Shown here: one piece after another, positions 13,101-35,122 of the stretch | Layout of the letters: the number at the start of each line of letters is the position of its first letter | Numbering within the stretch: position 1 is the stretch's first letter | Assembly: GCA_003344405.1 (NCBI GenBank) | Contig: NOWV01000128.1 | Location: 124,001-188,000 of the forward strand | Source of the DNA: Trichoplax sp. H2 | Taxonomy: Eukaryota | DNA: 64,000 nucleotides | Direction: 5' to 3' | Made by a program: the position numbers and the translations under genes | The notes under the pieces: generated by a model | What the model was told of the DNA's origin: nothing | The model's input: only the letters and a program-made list of their open reading frames with translations | The model's database searches: none

Positions 13101-15527
13101 AATAAATAAATTATATAGTAAACCAGAATTATTAATAGCCAAATACGTAAGCAATTAAATAATGAAAACAGTATACTTGCTTAAGTTATTATGGCTCGAC
13201 TTTCATTTGAATCAGTACTAATTGTATCGGTCTATTGAGAGCTTTTTGATATGTTGCATATCATAAAATGGCGGCCATAAACATATTTATTTATAAGCAA
13301 TAGCCGATCTTGCAAGTGAAATTCAAGTCTGAATTTCTTCTATCGACTTTACTGTATTTCAAAGTGTTGAATTCTAAATACAAACACACTAATTTCCACT
13401 AATGTTATTAGCTTTTTATACTTGACTGAGTAAACTGCCTTAATCAATCATATACGGGGGTAGCTGTGGACATATTTTGTTATTTCGCATTGTGACCTAG
13501 ATTAGGATCTGGATCTATATAACAGCCCTTAAGGCTTGAGCCATTGTAGTACTACTGGATTTCTATTGCCCAAAGAATGTAGTAGCTAATGTTCGTATTT
13601 ATTTCCATATTATTGATTTCTTGAAGGTTAAAATAAAGCAAGATTGCGGTGAAGCTAATAGTTGTAGTATAATTTTGTAATTGCTTCAACACATCTAGTA
13701 GTAGTTGCATAAGAAATAAGTTAAAAATTATTAAGTAATTGGATTCACGTTGACCGTGAGTTTTAAATAGATAAATCAAGCTTACTACCCCATGTTTGAT
13801 CTCCTTTACGTGCAGCCTGGTGTAAGTACAACTTACGTCAATAGATTTCTTGTGGTTAATCACGATAGGCCTAATGCTGAAAAATCGTCAAAACTAATTG
13901 ATGTTAGGAATGATAGTGTTTGCGGTGCTTATATATGAAATCAGTTAGGTCTATGATCTGATATTGTGACAGATATTAATACTGATATCTATGAGCTCCA
14001 TTCAGCTGTCATAAACTGAAAAGTTATTTTATTTTCATTCAATGTAGATACTGCTGCTAGTTCGCAGACTTACTTCTCTCATCAGTCCTACATTACTGGA
14101 AGATGCTATTGCTAATACTAAGGCATTATGTCTTCCCTCTTGAGGCTATTCCTAACTGCCCTCTTATACCCGCTATAAACTCTCCATTTTCCTTTTGTTA
14201 ATATACGCTACATTAGAACATTCTTGATATCGCTGATTCTGTGCAGACCAAAACTACAGACTTACAGCCACTCCCTTACACTTACAAATACAAATTTAGC
14301 AAGTGCAAGTCGCTATGTCTAGGATACTAACATATGCACCATCGGTGGAGGACGAGATTATATAAACTCGAGCACTAAATTTACTATTCAGTTCCATTTT
14401 AATCATTTTTAGATCCACTTGATCATTATTGCTAGGAGTTTTCTAAAGTGCTTTTTAGTAGATTCTCTTACTAGGATTTATCTCAATAAAGTAAAGTCCT
14501 TAGACCTGTTACCCGTTGGCAGCTTATTTGTGCAGTCGAGAGTTAGTTCAACTATAATAAGTCGCCTAAGCCAGTTGGGGACACGAGTCGTCGTGACAAC
14601 AGCGTTTATGACCCGTTCGAAAAGGTAATTCGTAACAAAATAATTAAAAATTGCTATTTAATTTAGAATCTTTTTAGTCTTCAGATTTCATAAGAGCCTT
14701 TAGCTTACAATAATAATGGCACAGGTACATCTGTAACAATCTCACTGCTACTAAGTTAGGTTCGTAGTTTAAAGATCTTAAGGTCTAAGATACTGAAATA
14801 GATTTCTGTAATAGCGTTGAAACACATAAACTTCAAGATTTGGGCACTGTAGTGTATTTATTTTCACGGTAGTTCTTAGGCATGTTCTTAAATGTAGACA
14901 TTTTGTTACGTTCCGAATATAGATACCTCTACAGTCTATTTCAACTATGCTCAAATATAGCTTGTCATATTTAGTTATTTATAGCAACTACATTCTTTGC
15001 TATTTCCTACAATCATTTACTATCATGTAGGCTGTTTATGGTATATGATGTATCTAATTCTACAATCTTTTTCTCTCACTCTAAAACTATGAATACTGAT
15101 GATTTCTGCTACACATTTATTCAGTTGCACGTTTTAGGGTTAGTATCTACACACATTACTTCACGACAGCTTACATGCTGATCTACCAGTAACTACCACG
15201 CTGTACCTTGTTATTCTCTACAATAAATATCTTTCTTTCTAATATCCCCTCGTATCATTATTGCAAAATGTCTAAGGAGTCCATGTCCGTAGACTCTTCG
15301 TCATCACATGCACAGGCCTATAAGCTGTCAATCCCGGCTCTTAGCACTTGGTATAAGAGTGAATACTGAAAACCTTATGCACCGATTCATCATCAGCCAT
15401 GGCCCTCTAACACGCTTTATTTTAAGCAAATTAATATCGCATTATTTTAAAGGTTACAAAAAATTTATTGAAAGCTTATTACATTTAATAAATATTATTT
15501 GCAATTAATGTTTTAATGACTATAGTT

Positions 15528-17392
15528 CTAGTTTCTTCCATGATAATCGAACCATACCATTTTTTGTTTTTGGTCTGTGGCCTAGAAAGGCATTTTTTCA
15601 GTAGATTAGATTGATGCCATAAGAAGTACATTAATATTATAATACTAGTCTGCAATCACGGAATTAAATAATTATGGATGCTAACCTTCGTAAATGCCAT
15701 TAAACGCCAATACAATTCGTAAATTATATTAATTAACACGCAAGAATGATTATCATAGTTATATTTCTCTTGTTGCACTGCTATTCCATTTATTTCAAGT
15801 AGTTTATTGCCCAAAGCATCGATTAATTTTTGAAATTCATTCAAACTATGGACCTACGGAGTAATCGCAATGCATCGTGATTAGAGTTAGTAAATTATTC
15901 ATAATAAAGCTGATTTATGCTAGTATAACTAATAAAGTGAAATTTAGCCATCTCGTCTCCTATAGTAGAAAAGCTGTCTGTAAGTCTCTTAGTATGTCTA
16001 TTACGCTTATTATAATTATTAACAAGAATAGACAATTTATTACTTATGCCATCTACTTACCATATTAGTAAAACTGTTTTGAATGACATTATAAATTGTT
16101 GATATCTCACTCAAATCATCACTCCCTAGATTTTTAAAGGTGCAAATGCCTATGTTTATGCAGAGACATAAGATACTTTGATAACAGGTAGCAGAAGCAA
16201 ATTTGTTGAACTTCTCTTCCAGAATGTTGTATTTATTCTTGTGTTCTAATTTAGCGATGCCATTACGAGTAGCTATGTCAAACAGATTGTCGGTTATTTT
16301 CTTGTATTGAGTAAAGATCATAGCCATAGTTCTCCAATCTTCTAGAAATATTTCGTCGATTATATTACGTTCTGGTTGGATTATGTGAAATAGATTCTCG
16401 TTACACGGCTCTATATAGGTTTCAATTATTGGCTCTGTATTGGTATCAATTTCCATAGGCTCTATGCTAGGTTCTATTGTTGTACAGAATATATGAACAA
16501 ATACTGGACATTAGAATGCTATTGATAATTTCATAACGTGTGACATTATGAATTATCCTATATGAGCAGATTCTAACCTCTACTTTCAATATAGATATTT
16601 AGTGGATTTTTTCCCTGTAAAAACTCGGAAAATAAACAGGATTTAGTTAATGTTATAGCAAGCACTGAACATATATAAATATTTTGTGGATTTTTTCCCT
16701 GTATAAACTCGATTAAGCTAATGTTATAGCAAGTACTAGACATTGCTATTATAATTCGAATTAATATAAACCTTTATAAATGCCATTAGATATAAATACA
16801 ATCCTTGTAATGTATTGATTACTACGTGAGCAAAACTATCACGGAAATTAATATGTTTCGTTGTAGTTTGATTTCTTATAAGTGCATCTTTGCCCAAGTT
16901 ACCGATAAATAGTCGAAAATCGTCTAAAGCTTTAATCTGCAGTGTAAGCTACCAATAGGTTATGATAAAAAATAATCGAGTGAATATTCTAGATAAAACT
17001 AATTTATACTCTTCTAATTGATAAAATAGAAATACGTCAAGAAATTGAAATGTTGTTAATCATATTGCTTCTAGGATACTTTATTGCTTTACCGTATTAC
17101 TCCAACCGTAGACAATATCTTCGATTCTTGGCCTATCACACTGACCAAATCTCAGATAGTTCGCGTATAGGGAGACACAACAAGTAACAATATTTTCATA
17201 TGTCATCTCAGACAATAATTTATACTTATTCCACCGAGAGTGATAGCTGCAGTCAATATTGGAATTCTTAGCGATGCAAAGATCCTTAGCAAACCTTTCG
17301 ACTACCAATTTCTCAAATAAATTTTGGATTTTAACGATATCTTTCAACATTTTTTCCACTTCTTCTTTATTTGTCCCTTGAACTTCTAGCAT
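15528..17392 (-). CDS. Uncharacterised ~380 aa protein with two homologous domains (six exons)
   Basis: Exons 17392-17093, 16936-16772, 16614-16578, 16473-16061, 15853-15686 and 15581-15528 join in phase through GT-AG introns. Exons 2 and 5 are homologous (...LYLYLMAFIK versus ...LYWRLMAFTK). An AATAAA lies downstream at ~15464-15469. Confidence 0.7.
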
Positions 17393-17426
17393 AATAAAAA
17401 TTTAAAATACATTCACTTTACGCGCC

Positions 17427-17432
17427 CTTATA
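17427..17432 (-). promoter_or_regulatory. Candidate TATA box (TATAAG followed by GGCGCG)
   Basis: Lies ~35 nt upstream of the ATG at 17392. Confidence 0.4.
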
Positions 17433-20400
17433 TCGGGACACTGTCTCAATGGACTTTACCAAACAATAAACAAAGACACAATAATAAAGCCACTATCATG
17501 TGATGGAAAATTCTCCATCTTGATTGGTTCACTTGATCATCATAGCATTAAACCTACGTCATAGATTGAACTTTTACATTTTTCAATTTATGGCATAAAA
17601 GTTCTAGAAACTTCTTAAAATGGATGAAATAAATTGATTGCTTTATCGTCAGGCTCGCTGAAAGCATAGCAGTTGCCTACAAATAAGCCATTTGTGGTTG
17701 ATTTGCAGTTGATAAAATTAAAATAACTAGTTTAGTTAGCAGTAAATACCGTTATGATAACATGCCTTGGCTAATCCTACTGTGATAGGATTCTAGTCTT
17801 GATGTACTGTAGTACTTGACCAATTGATAGTTCAATCTCCATAAGGGATTGTGTAATGAAAGTACAGTAGATCACAAATAAGCAAGTCAAATAAAATTTT
17901 CAAAAAGGCGTTTCGGAAAATTTTAGTTGATCAAGACAGTTACCAAAAGTCAAGTCTGTCTGTAATGGGAGCACATCTCCGTAGTTCTCCAATACATTTC
18001 TATAATCTATTCGCGACTAGCCACTTGTTGAACAACGATCAGATTGGAGTTATCAAAAAGAATATATACTTAAACTGCTTCAATATCGTTACTCTTCCAT
18101 TAATTAAGGTCCAACGCTGAAAGGTGCAGGGTATCTTGACGATGGCAGTATATCTAATCATATCAATCTTATACCAAATTACTCAACTAGCTAATGTCAA
18201 TAATCTACAATTTTTAATATACGTCTAGTAGTCAGCAATTATCTAATATTATGTACTTTCAGTATAATAACCATTTTCTTGGTTTTTGGACTACAATTCA
18301 GCATACATTAAGGAAAGGTTTGATAGGTATGTTATGCCATGCCATGGACTTCTAAATCTAGAAGTTCAAGATGATGAAATATTTAAACTTCCAGTTTGCT
18401 ACATTACGGTAGTTAATGAAGTTAAATGGAACTTAATTTCTACTTGAGCTAATTACTTTGCTAACGTCATTCGGCTACAGCTTAACCTTTGTCAATCAGC
18501 AGACAGTAGAATTATTACGTAGAGCGTTGAACTTCTAGTTCGCATGAGTTACCTTACCTTTGCAACGATGTAGTGGCCTCCGTTATTTCAAGAATACGTG
18601 ATTAAAGAGCAATAAAGCTAAAAAATTTAAGCCAACTAATAGTTATCCAATTTATGAATAACTTTGACCTAATTTATTTGTGAAAGAAGAAATTTCAATC
18701 TTCAATTTGTTCGTTGCATATCTTTATAAAATTCTACATTACTGTAGCCATTGCGCAAAATTGGAGCAAATGGATACCTACATCGATATATTGGACTGCG
18801 TAGTATAGTCATAATTGATTGCTTTCATATACTTGAAGTATCTGCAAGTTTGATTACATTAACAAACATTTACTATATTAAGTTGATGTTTTGCTAAGTT
18901 GCCTTGTAGTGGCTTGAAAGATTTCATAGAAATTGCCTCTATCTTATGGTTTCTTACGCACTGCTAATCATTCAAAACTACATCTATGTATATGGAATCC
19001 TTGTAGAATTGGGTGCAGTAACTCATATATATGAGAGCTGCGTTTAAATAGTTAAATTAGATATAGATTAAAAATAAAAATGACTTGTAGCCAGTGTATT
19101 TGTAAAATACAACTTTATCCTAACTAACTCCAACTGCTGCTTTTACTGTATATGTGCCAGATTCAACATTGACTCTGTCAGACAATTTACAAGCGCAAGA
19201 CAGAATCAAAATAAATAAATTCTCCTTCCATTAGGTATAGGACAAAGTTATAGCGATGCATTCTAACATTGTTATTTGTCTAACATTAGTTCAATGATAT
19301 CTTACACCCACATCATGCACTAGTTATCTTTAATGATATATTACTCTGCCTTACTTCCTCCATTAATGTATCTATGAATTTTGTTCACATAGCTCTAGAA
19401 TGCGTTAACATAAAATAAGGGAGCCTTCGGCGATAATATGCGCGAAATGGTAACCTTAATTCTAAATTCTATTTCATAAATGCCACGAATTTCTGCATTT
19501 TGTTTATTTCATTGGGTAGAAGAAATGACATCAAGAGTCTCGAATGAATTTGTAATAGTGCGGAATAAAATAAAGGATTTTATTGAATCTTAATAATGAT
19601 AACGAAATAGCTACTCCAAAAGCTGATATGAAGAGGAAATCATTACTTACACTTGAAAAATGATTGAGATCAAGAGTAAGATTAGCTTAACAATAACAAG
19701 ACATATATATAAGATAGCATTGACCACGATAGACAACTTCAATAAACGCACACTGTTTAAAACAAATAGCTCAACTGACATCATTTAATACCTGATTTGA
19801 TAAATATTTCTAATTCGATCAATGAAAAATAACCATAAAGTTGATATAAGCCATATTTACTTTCACTGATTTGACACATTGATAAGCCAGCTAAACCAAT
19901 CAATCAGGAAAGATAAGACTACAGAAAGTATATACGGTGCATATCATATTTTAAGTTCTTTAGGATAGTCTTCCAACTGTAAATGAGGGCAACGTGGTGT
20001 TGATTTTCAATGAAACAGGCCTCAGTATTAGAATATCAAATTTTTATAGCCATAATAATTTGAAGACAATCTGTTGCAAAATCTTTTGAAATAACTGTAA
20101 TAGAATGTGATTGTCTTCGCTACGTCAAAGAGATGCAGAGAAAAAAATTCAAGTAATACTGCAACATAACTTTGTAACAATAACCAAGTATACATTGGTT
20201 TATGCCTGCACATAGCTATCTTGATATCACGTCATATGGGCACGATATTATGATAAAAAAATGTCTTTAATCTATCGAAAATAATTGTAATGAGGTCACA
20301 AATTAAAAGGTTTCTCAAAGAAAAGTTAAAATTAAACAATATCAAATTCAAGTACTGCTAACACTACATAAAAAAATCGCTACAATAGCTATATCTAAAG

Positions 20401-20550
20401 TAAAGATTCGTTCTTGATTATAAACAACTACTGCGATATGGAAAACGAAAATGTTCCTTATCTATGTAAGAAATTACAAATTTTGTGATCGAATCCCAGT
20501 CAGGGTGATAATGATCTTTGGAAAAAGATATAATCATTGTTCCGCTTTAT

Positions 20551-29721
<9,171 letters not shown>

Positions 29722-30701
29722 GATTGCAAGACATTGTTCGCGGTGTCATGCAAATCTACCAAGTCTTGCCGATCATGGCTCTATTTGAATTGAGACGTTT
29801 AAACTAAATTGAAAGCCCGTTATCCAAGTCTATACCAAGAACAATTTATTCATGACTTTTAATAGCTCTACCTACGACTACTGCAAGCAAAACTTGACGC
29901 TGATTTTGTATTACGCCTAGTAGACAGTACTGTCTTCAATGCCTGACTGGCTGATAAGCACAACTGTAATTCAGTCTTGAAAAGGAGCATGCCAATAGTA
30001 ATCCAGGCACTGTCTGTGTTACAATATGTAGGAAAGTAAAGTCATCCTTGGCAGGACTGAATACTATTTTCCTAATGGTTGAAGACGATAAACACCTTGA
30101 TGCAGATAAAAGTAAATGCCATCAACTGCCTTGCTCTGGTCATAATGCAGTCAGTCAAGGAGTTTTATCATCTTTATTGACTGACTACAGTATGCTGATT
30201 GACAATTTTCAATCCATTTTTTCAGTTGAAATAGACGAATTGCACACTAGCATTAGGATCCATTAAATTGGATCATTTTAGCGTATCTTACAAGGTGTAC
30301 TTGTATGAAAGTATTGCATGCATTTGTATTGTAGTCCTACTCTACAATCAGCGTATCTCAATTGGTGTTTATTTTCCGTTCTACTGTCATAGCAATCTTG
30401 CTGTCGCTACCACGAAAGCAACGCTGAATTGTCCGTCTACAAGCATTTCATAACGAAGCTATAACGTGGAAAACAAGTCAGTTAGCAAAACCTACCCAAA
30501 ATGCGGATAACGGGGCACAAAAATCGTTTACTCCAAATATCTTTTCCATCTTGTTTTGCAGTTGCAATCATTCAACATCCAACACCCACTTCGTGCTGCT
30601 TGATAGTGGGGTACAGACTTTACTTACTATTAAGTGCAAGCGATCAGTCTACAGTATACAGTATGATAGGTGCTGCTTGTGGGTTAGGCCAGTTTAACCT
30701 G

Positions 30702-30753
30702 GGACATGACACCAGGGGGGGGGGAGCGGGCCCGGCCCCCTTGACCAGTGTCC
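30702..30753. other. GC-rich G10/C5 hairpin at the edge of a repeat array
   Basis: GGACA..CAGGGGGGGGGG..GGGCCC..CCCCCTTG..TGTCC in an AT-rich background. Confidence 0.6.
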
Positions 30754-30839
30754 TTGATAACAAAGTCTACCCGAAAACCCGGTTTCAACCCGAAACGAGA
30801 GCGCAATACCGTACAGTGTTTGTATAGCGATTGCACTCA

Positions 30840-31685
30840 TTTCGGGTTCGAAAATCAACTATTTGATCGGATTTTTTTTCGGGTTCGGGTTGCGTTTCTA
30901 CCCGAGACTGTAATATGAGAAAATCCATCATGCCTGCAAAATTTTTGATTGGTTATTTATTTTATTTTTTAATGCCTGTAGAATAAGATCGTTAAAGGAA
31001 ACATGAATGATGTTTTGCATACTCTAAATGAATGATTGGCTTGAATCATAACTAGTATTTGGATTTGATCGGGTTTAGGTTGTATTTCTACTCCATTTCA
31101 GGACTCTACCCGAGACTGCAAAATCATAAATCTATTATGCCTGCAGAATTTTTGATTGATTCCATTTTAATACGTGTAGAATAAGATCGTTAGGCAAAAA
31201 ATGAATGATGTTCTGCATACTCTATTGAATCATAACTAGCGTTTTATCGGGTTCGGGTTGTATTTCTACTCCGTTTCAGGACTCTACCCGAGACTGCAAA
31301 ATCATAAATCTATTATGCCTGCAGAATTTTTGATTGATTATTTTTTAATACGTGTAGAATAAGATCGTTAGGCAAAAATGAATGATGTTCTGCATGCTCT
31401 ATTGAATCATAACTGGCATTCGCGTTTTATCGGGTTCGGGTAGTATTTCTACTCCGTTTCAGGACTCTACCCGAGACTGCAAAATCATAAATCCATTATG
31501 CCTGCAGAATTTTTGATTGATTCCATTTTAATACCTGCTAAATAAGATCGTTAGGCAAAAAATGAATGATGTTCTGCATACTCTATTGCATCATAACTAG
31601 CGTTTTATCGGGTTCGGGTTATATTTCTACTCCATTTGAAGACTACCTGAGACTGTAAAATCATCCATTATGTCAGCAAAATTTT
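30840..31685. repeat. ~180 bp tandem repeat, about 4.5 copies, with CGGGTTCGGGTT motifs
   Basis: Unit starts at ~30880, 31070, 31248, 31431 and 31609. Shared blocks are CTACCCGAGACTG and AGAATAAGATCGTTA. Confidence 0.95.
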
Positions 31686-31781
31686 GGATTATAATATAAT
31701 AATAATATTGAATATTTTTTATTATTATTATATTATATATGATTTATTCTACTGTACAGTATAGTAACTGGACTCTATTGG

Positions 31782-32565
31782 TAGAAAAACGTCGAATTGG
31801 TCAAGAGAGATACATTCGTATGGCAACAATGGTATTGTTTGGAATAGATGATAGTGGATTCGATAGCATCACGAAAACAGTACTACTTGACGCTTGGAGC
31901 GTACGCCTGTGGATTCTGCGCATTAGTGCACAGGCCTTTGCATTTTTGTAGTCCGTGATAGAAAAACATCGAATTTGTCTATAGGCATACATTCGTATGC
32001 CAACAGTGGTACTATTTGGAATAGATGATAGTGGAGCGCACGCCTGTGGATTCTGCGCATTAGTGCACAGGCCTTTGCATTTTTGTAGTCCGTGATAGAA
32101 AAACATCGAATTTGTCTATAGGCATACATTCGTATGCCAACAGTGGTACCATTTGGAATAGATGATAGTGGATTCGATACGCCTGAGGATTCTGCGCATT
32201 AGTGCACAGGCCTTTGCATTTTTAGTAGTCAATGATAGAAAAACATCGAATTTGTCGATAGGCATACATTCGTATGCCAACAGTGGTACTGTTTGGAATA
32301 GATGATAGTGGATTCGATAGCATCACGAAAACTGTGCTGCTTGGCGCAGGAGCGTACGCCTGAGGATTCTGCGCATTAGTGCACAGGACCTTTGCATTTT
32401 TAGTAGTCCGTAATAGAAAAACATCGAATTTGTCTATAGACATATATTCGTATGCCAACAATGGTACTGTTTGGAATAGATGATAGTAGACTTGATGGCA
32501 CAACGAAGACAGTGCTACTTGACGCTGCAGCATCCGCCTATCGATTCTGCGCATTAGAGCAAAAA
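31782..32565. repeat. 137-177 bp tandem repeat, 5 copies, ending ~85 bp before the PHB ATG
   Basis: Units begin TAGAAAAACATCGAATT and contain GGCATAC-ATTC-GTATGCC and GATTCTGCGCATTAGTGCAC. Confidence 0.95.
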
Positions 32566-32648
32566 CCTGGGCATCACATGGATGTGATGCAACATTTTGA
32601 CATGCGTATCGTCATACTGAATCATACAAGCGACGAAGCTGTGGGAAA

Positions 32649-35122
32649 ATGGCGACGAGATTTTTTAATCGACTTGGTCAATTAGGTGTTGCTCTGGCCA
32701 TTGGTGGTGGAGTGCTTAATTCTGCATTATACAACGGTAATACTCTAATAAGTAACATGTTCGATGATGGATAGAGTAGCTATCGCTTTGGTTGTAGCCT
32801 GTGTTATAGAAAATTCAATCATTGAAAGAGCAGCATACGCGTGCTGTTCCGACAGATAAAACCTCACTTAAACGACGTCTGGCACACAGAATTTTCATCA
32901 CTTTTGTAATAAGCTTATCCATTTCTTGTATTGGTAGTCTCTTTACCAAGTTCTATTAAAGTTTACTGTTATAGTAGTCAAACTATCATTTACTGCGGTT
33001 GTCATTTAGTAGTACGGCACGATCGTTATACAGTATTTGGGGGTATGTAAGCAAAGTCTGTTCAGCAAGCGTAGGATAAATCTTGCTTGCCGACGGTCAT
33101 ACTGTACATCCCTCAAGATGACCAATAACCCACAGTTAAGGCTAACCGTGATAATTTGAACTGCAGTTATACCCGATTGGTGGCGATATGCAGTATTTTC
33201 TGTCACAGATTTTAGCAATGTCCTCAAGTGATGCGATCGGGTAGAACCTTTCTGTATGTTCTTACTGTATATAAAGAGAAAGCAGCTGACATTCGTGCTA
33301 AGTTACCTACCTGCCGAATAGAGAGCGAACTTTGATAATTTAGTATGTATCGGAATGAACTGTTTGACTTTTGCCAATCGAAGAATTCGTAACCTGTAAA
33401 TTAGACCAATAGTACTTTAGTGATTTCTAGCTACTTTAGGATTCTTCCAACGTGATCATGCCTGCTTTTCCAATAGTCCAATTCATTTAAGCATGCAATG
33501 CCGCCGCTGCCTGAGACTATCAAACTATTTGATTGCGCCATTTCCTAGTAGCCATTGTCGGATTAGATAGGAATAGTAATATTTCCATCAAGTAACAACA
33601 TGTACTTCACATACATACCAGTACAGTAGAGACGGTATTCTTAAGATGTTTATGAATAAATGATCGAATGAACTACGCGTAAAACTAGAAGGTTTTACTG
33701 CGTGATAAACTCACTGTCAACTGTTTGTGTTTTTTTCTTGCAGTTGAAGGAGGACACAGAGCTGTAATCTTTGATAGATTTCGTGGAGTTTTACCCAATG
33801 TATCTGGAGAAGGAACACACTTTATCGTTCCATGGTTTCAAAGGCCAATCGTATTTGATATACGTAGTCGTCCTAGGAATGTTCCAGTAACAACTGGCAG
33901 CAAAGGTAAACCAATTTAGACTTCTTTCTTTGACTACAGTACTCTATACTCGCATTATTTATCCCATGATTGAACAATCGATTGACATTGTACTGGATTC
34001 GCTTACGCACAATGTAGATTTGCAAAACGTCAACATCACTATACGTATATTATTTCGACCGGTGGCTAAAACTTTACCAAACATGTATAAGAATCTTGGA
34101 ATTGACTATGATGAAAGAGTTCTACCATCAATCACGAATGAAGTCATGAAAGCCGTAGTGGTAAGTGATCTATCACGAGTAATGAGGTTGTTATTTTCAT
34201 CGCAATGCTGTTTATAATATGGAAGTAAGCAAAGATATTTTTTGATCGTTGTAGGCTCAATACGATGCCAGTGAACTGATCACCCAACGAGAAAATGTAA
34301 GATATATCGTATATTCTTCTTATTGGATGGAAACTACGTAACGTGGTATATTGCAAATATTCAATTTCTAAATAGAATTACCTTTTTGCAGGTATCACAT
34401 ATGATTAGGCAGCAACTAACTGAACGCGCAGCAAGTTTTGGAATACTACTAGACGACATTTCCATCGTAAGTAAAATCAATTCTCAACCATTTTTAAACT
34501 TACAAAGGCTTTGATCCTCTAAGAACGTCATTACTTCGATAGACTCATTTAACATTTGGGCATGAATTCACACATGCTGTCGAAATGAAACAAGTTGGTA
34601 AGTCATGAAACGAATGAAGTGGTTTACAATTTTGACATTTTTTGAAAGTTCTTTATTTTTTGAGACATTGATTTGAATGAGAGATATTTATCTTTCATTT
34701 TTTAGCTCAACAGGAAGCTGAACGCGCACGTTTCGTTGTTGAAAAGGTATGAATGCTTAATCTTCATAACGTAAAGATCATTGAACTCGCCCTTATAAGG
34801 CTGGCTTACATTCAATCCACTTTAGCTTCTTGAAGATCATGTTAGCTTGACTAAAAAGTTAATCAATCAAAACTAATGGAACTTTCCTTTATTCATAACG
34901 TTCTAGGCTGAACAGCAAAAAATGGCTGCTGTTATTACCGCTGAAGGTGATGCTCGTGGTGCTAAATTACTTGCAAGTGCATTCGCTGAAGTAGGTGAAG
35001 GTTTAATTGAATTAAGAAGATTGGAAGCGGCCGAAGAAATTGCACAAGTTTTAGCTCGCTCTCGTAATGTAGCCTATTTACCAAATGGGCAAAATGTTCT
35101 GATGAATTTACCAAACCCATAA
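32649..35122 (+). CDS. PHB1: Prohibitin-1 (8 exons)
   Basis: [45 protein letters not shown]...[22 protein letters not shown]...[14 protein letters not shown]...[14 protein letters not shown]...[15 protein letters not shown]. Confidence 0.97.

Noticed and set aside
10200-15450. Short ORFs in the track across this interval
   Set aside because: They have AT-rich random composition, and I found no spliceable series or known motif.
15656-17392. Cluster of short intronless ORFs suggesting an endogenous virus
   Set aside because: Each ORF ends just after a GT donor, and they splice in phase into one gene.
31739-32685. ORFs with repeated peptides (MYAYRQIRCFS...)
   Set aside because: They are by-products of the tandem repeat, and the frames are not conserved between units.
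32737-33743. Possible snoRNA or microexon in the long PHB1 intron 1
   Set aside because: I saw no convincing paired C/D boxes with a terminal stem or H/ACA structure. The AG|TAT|GT near 33344 would interrupt a conserved motif.
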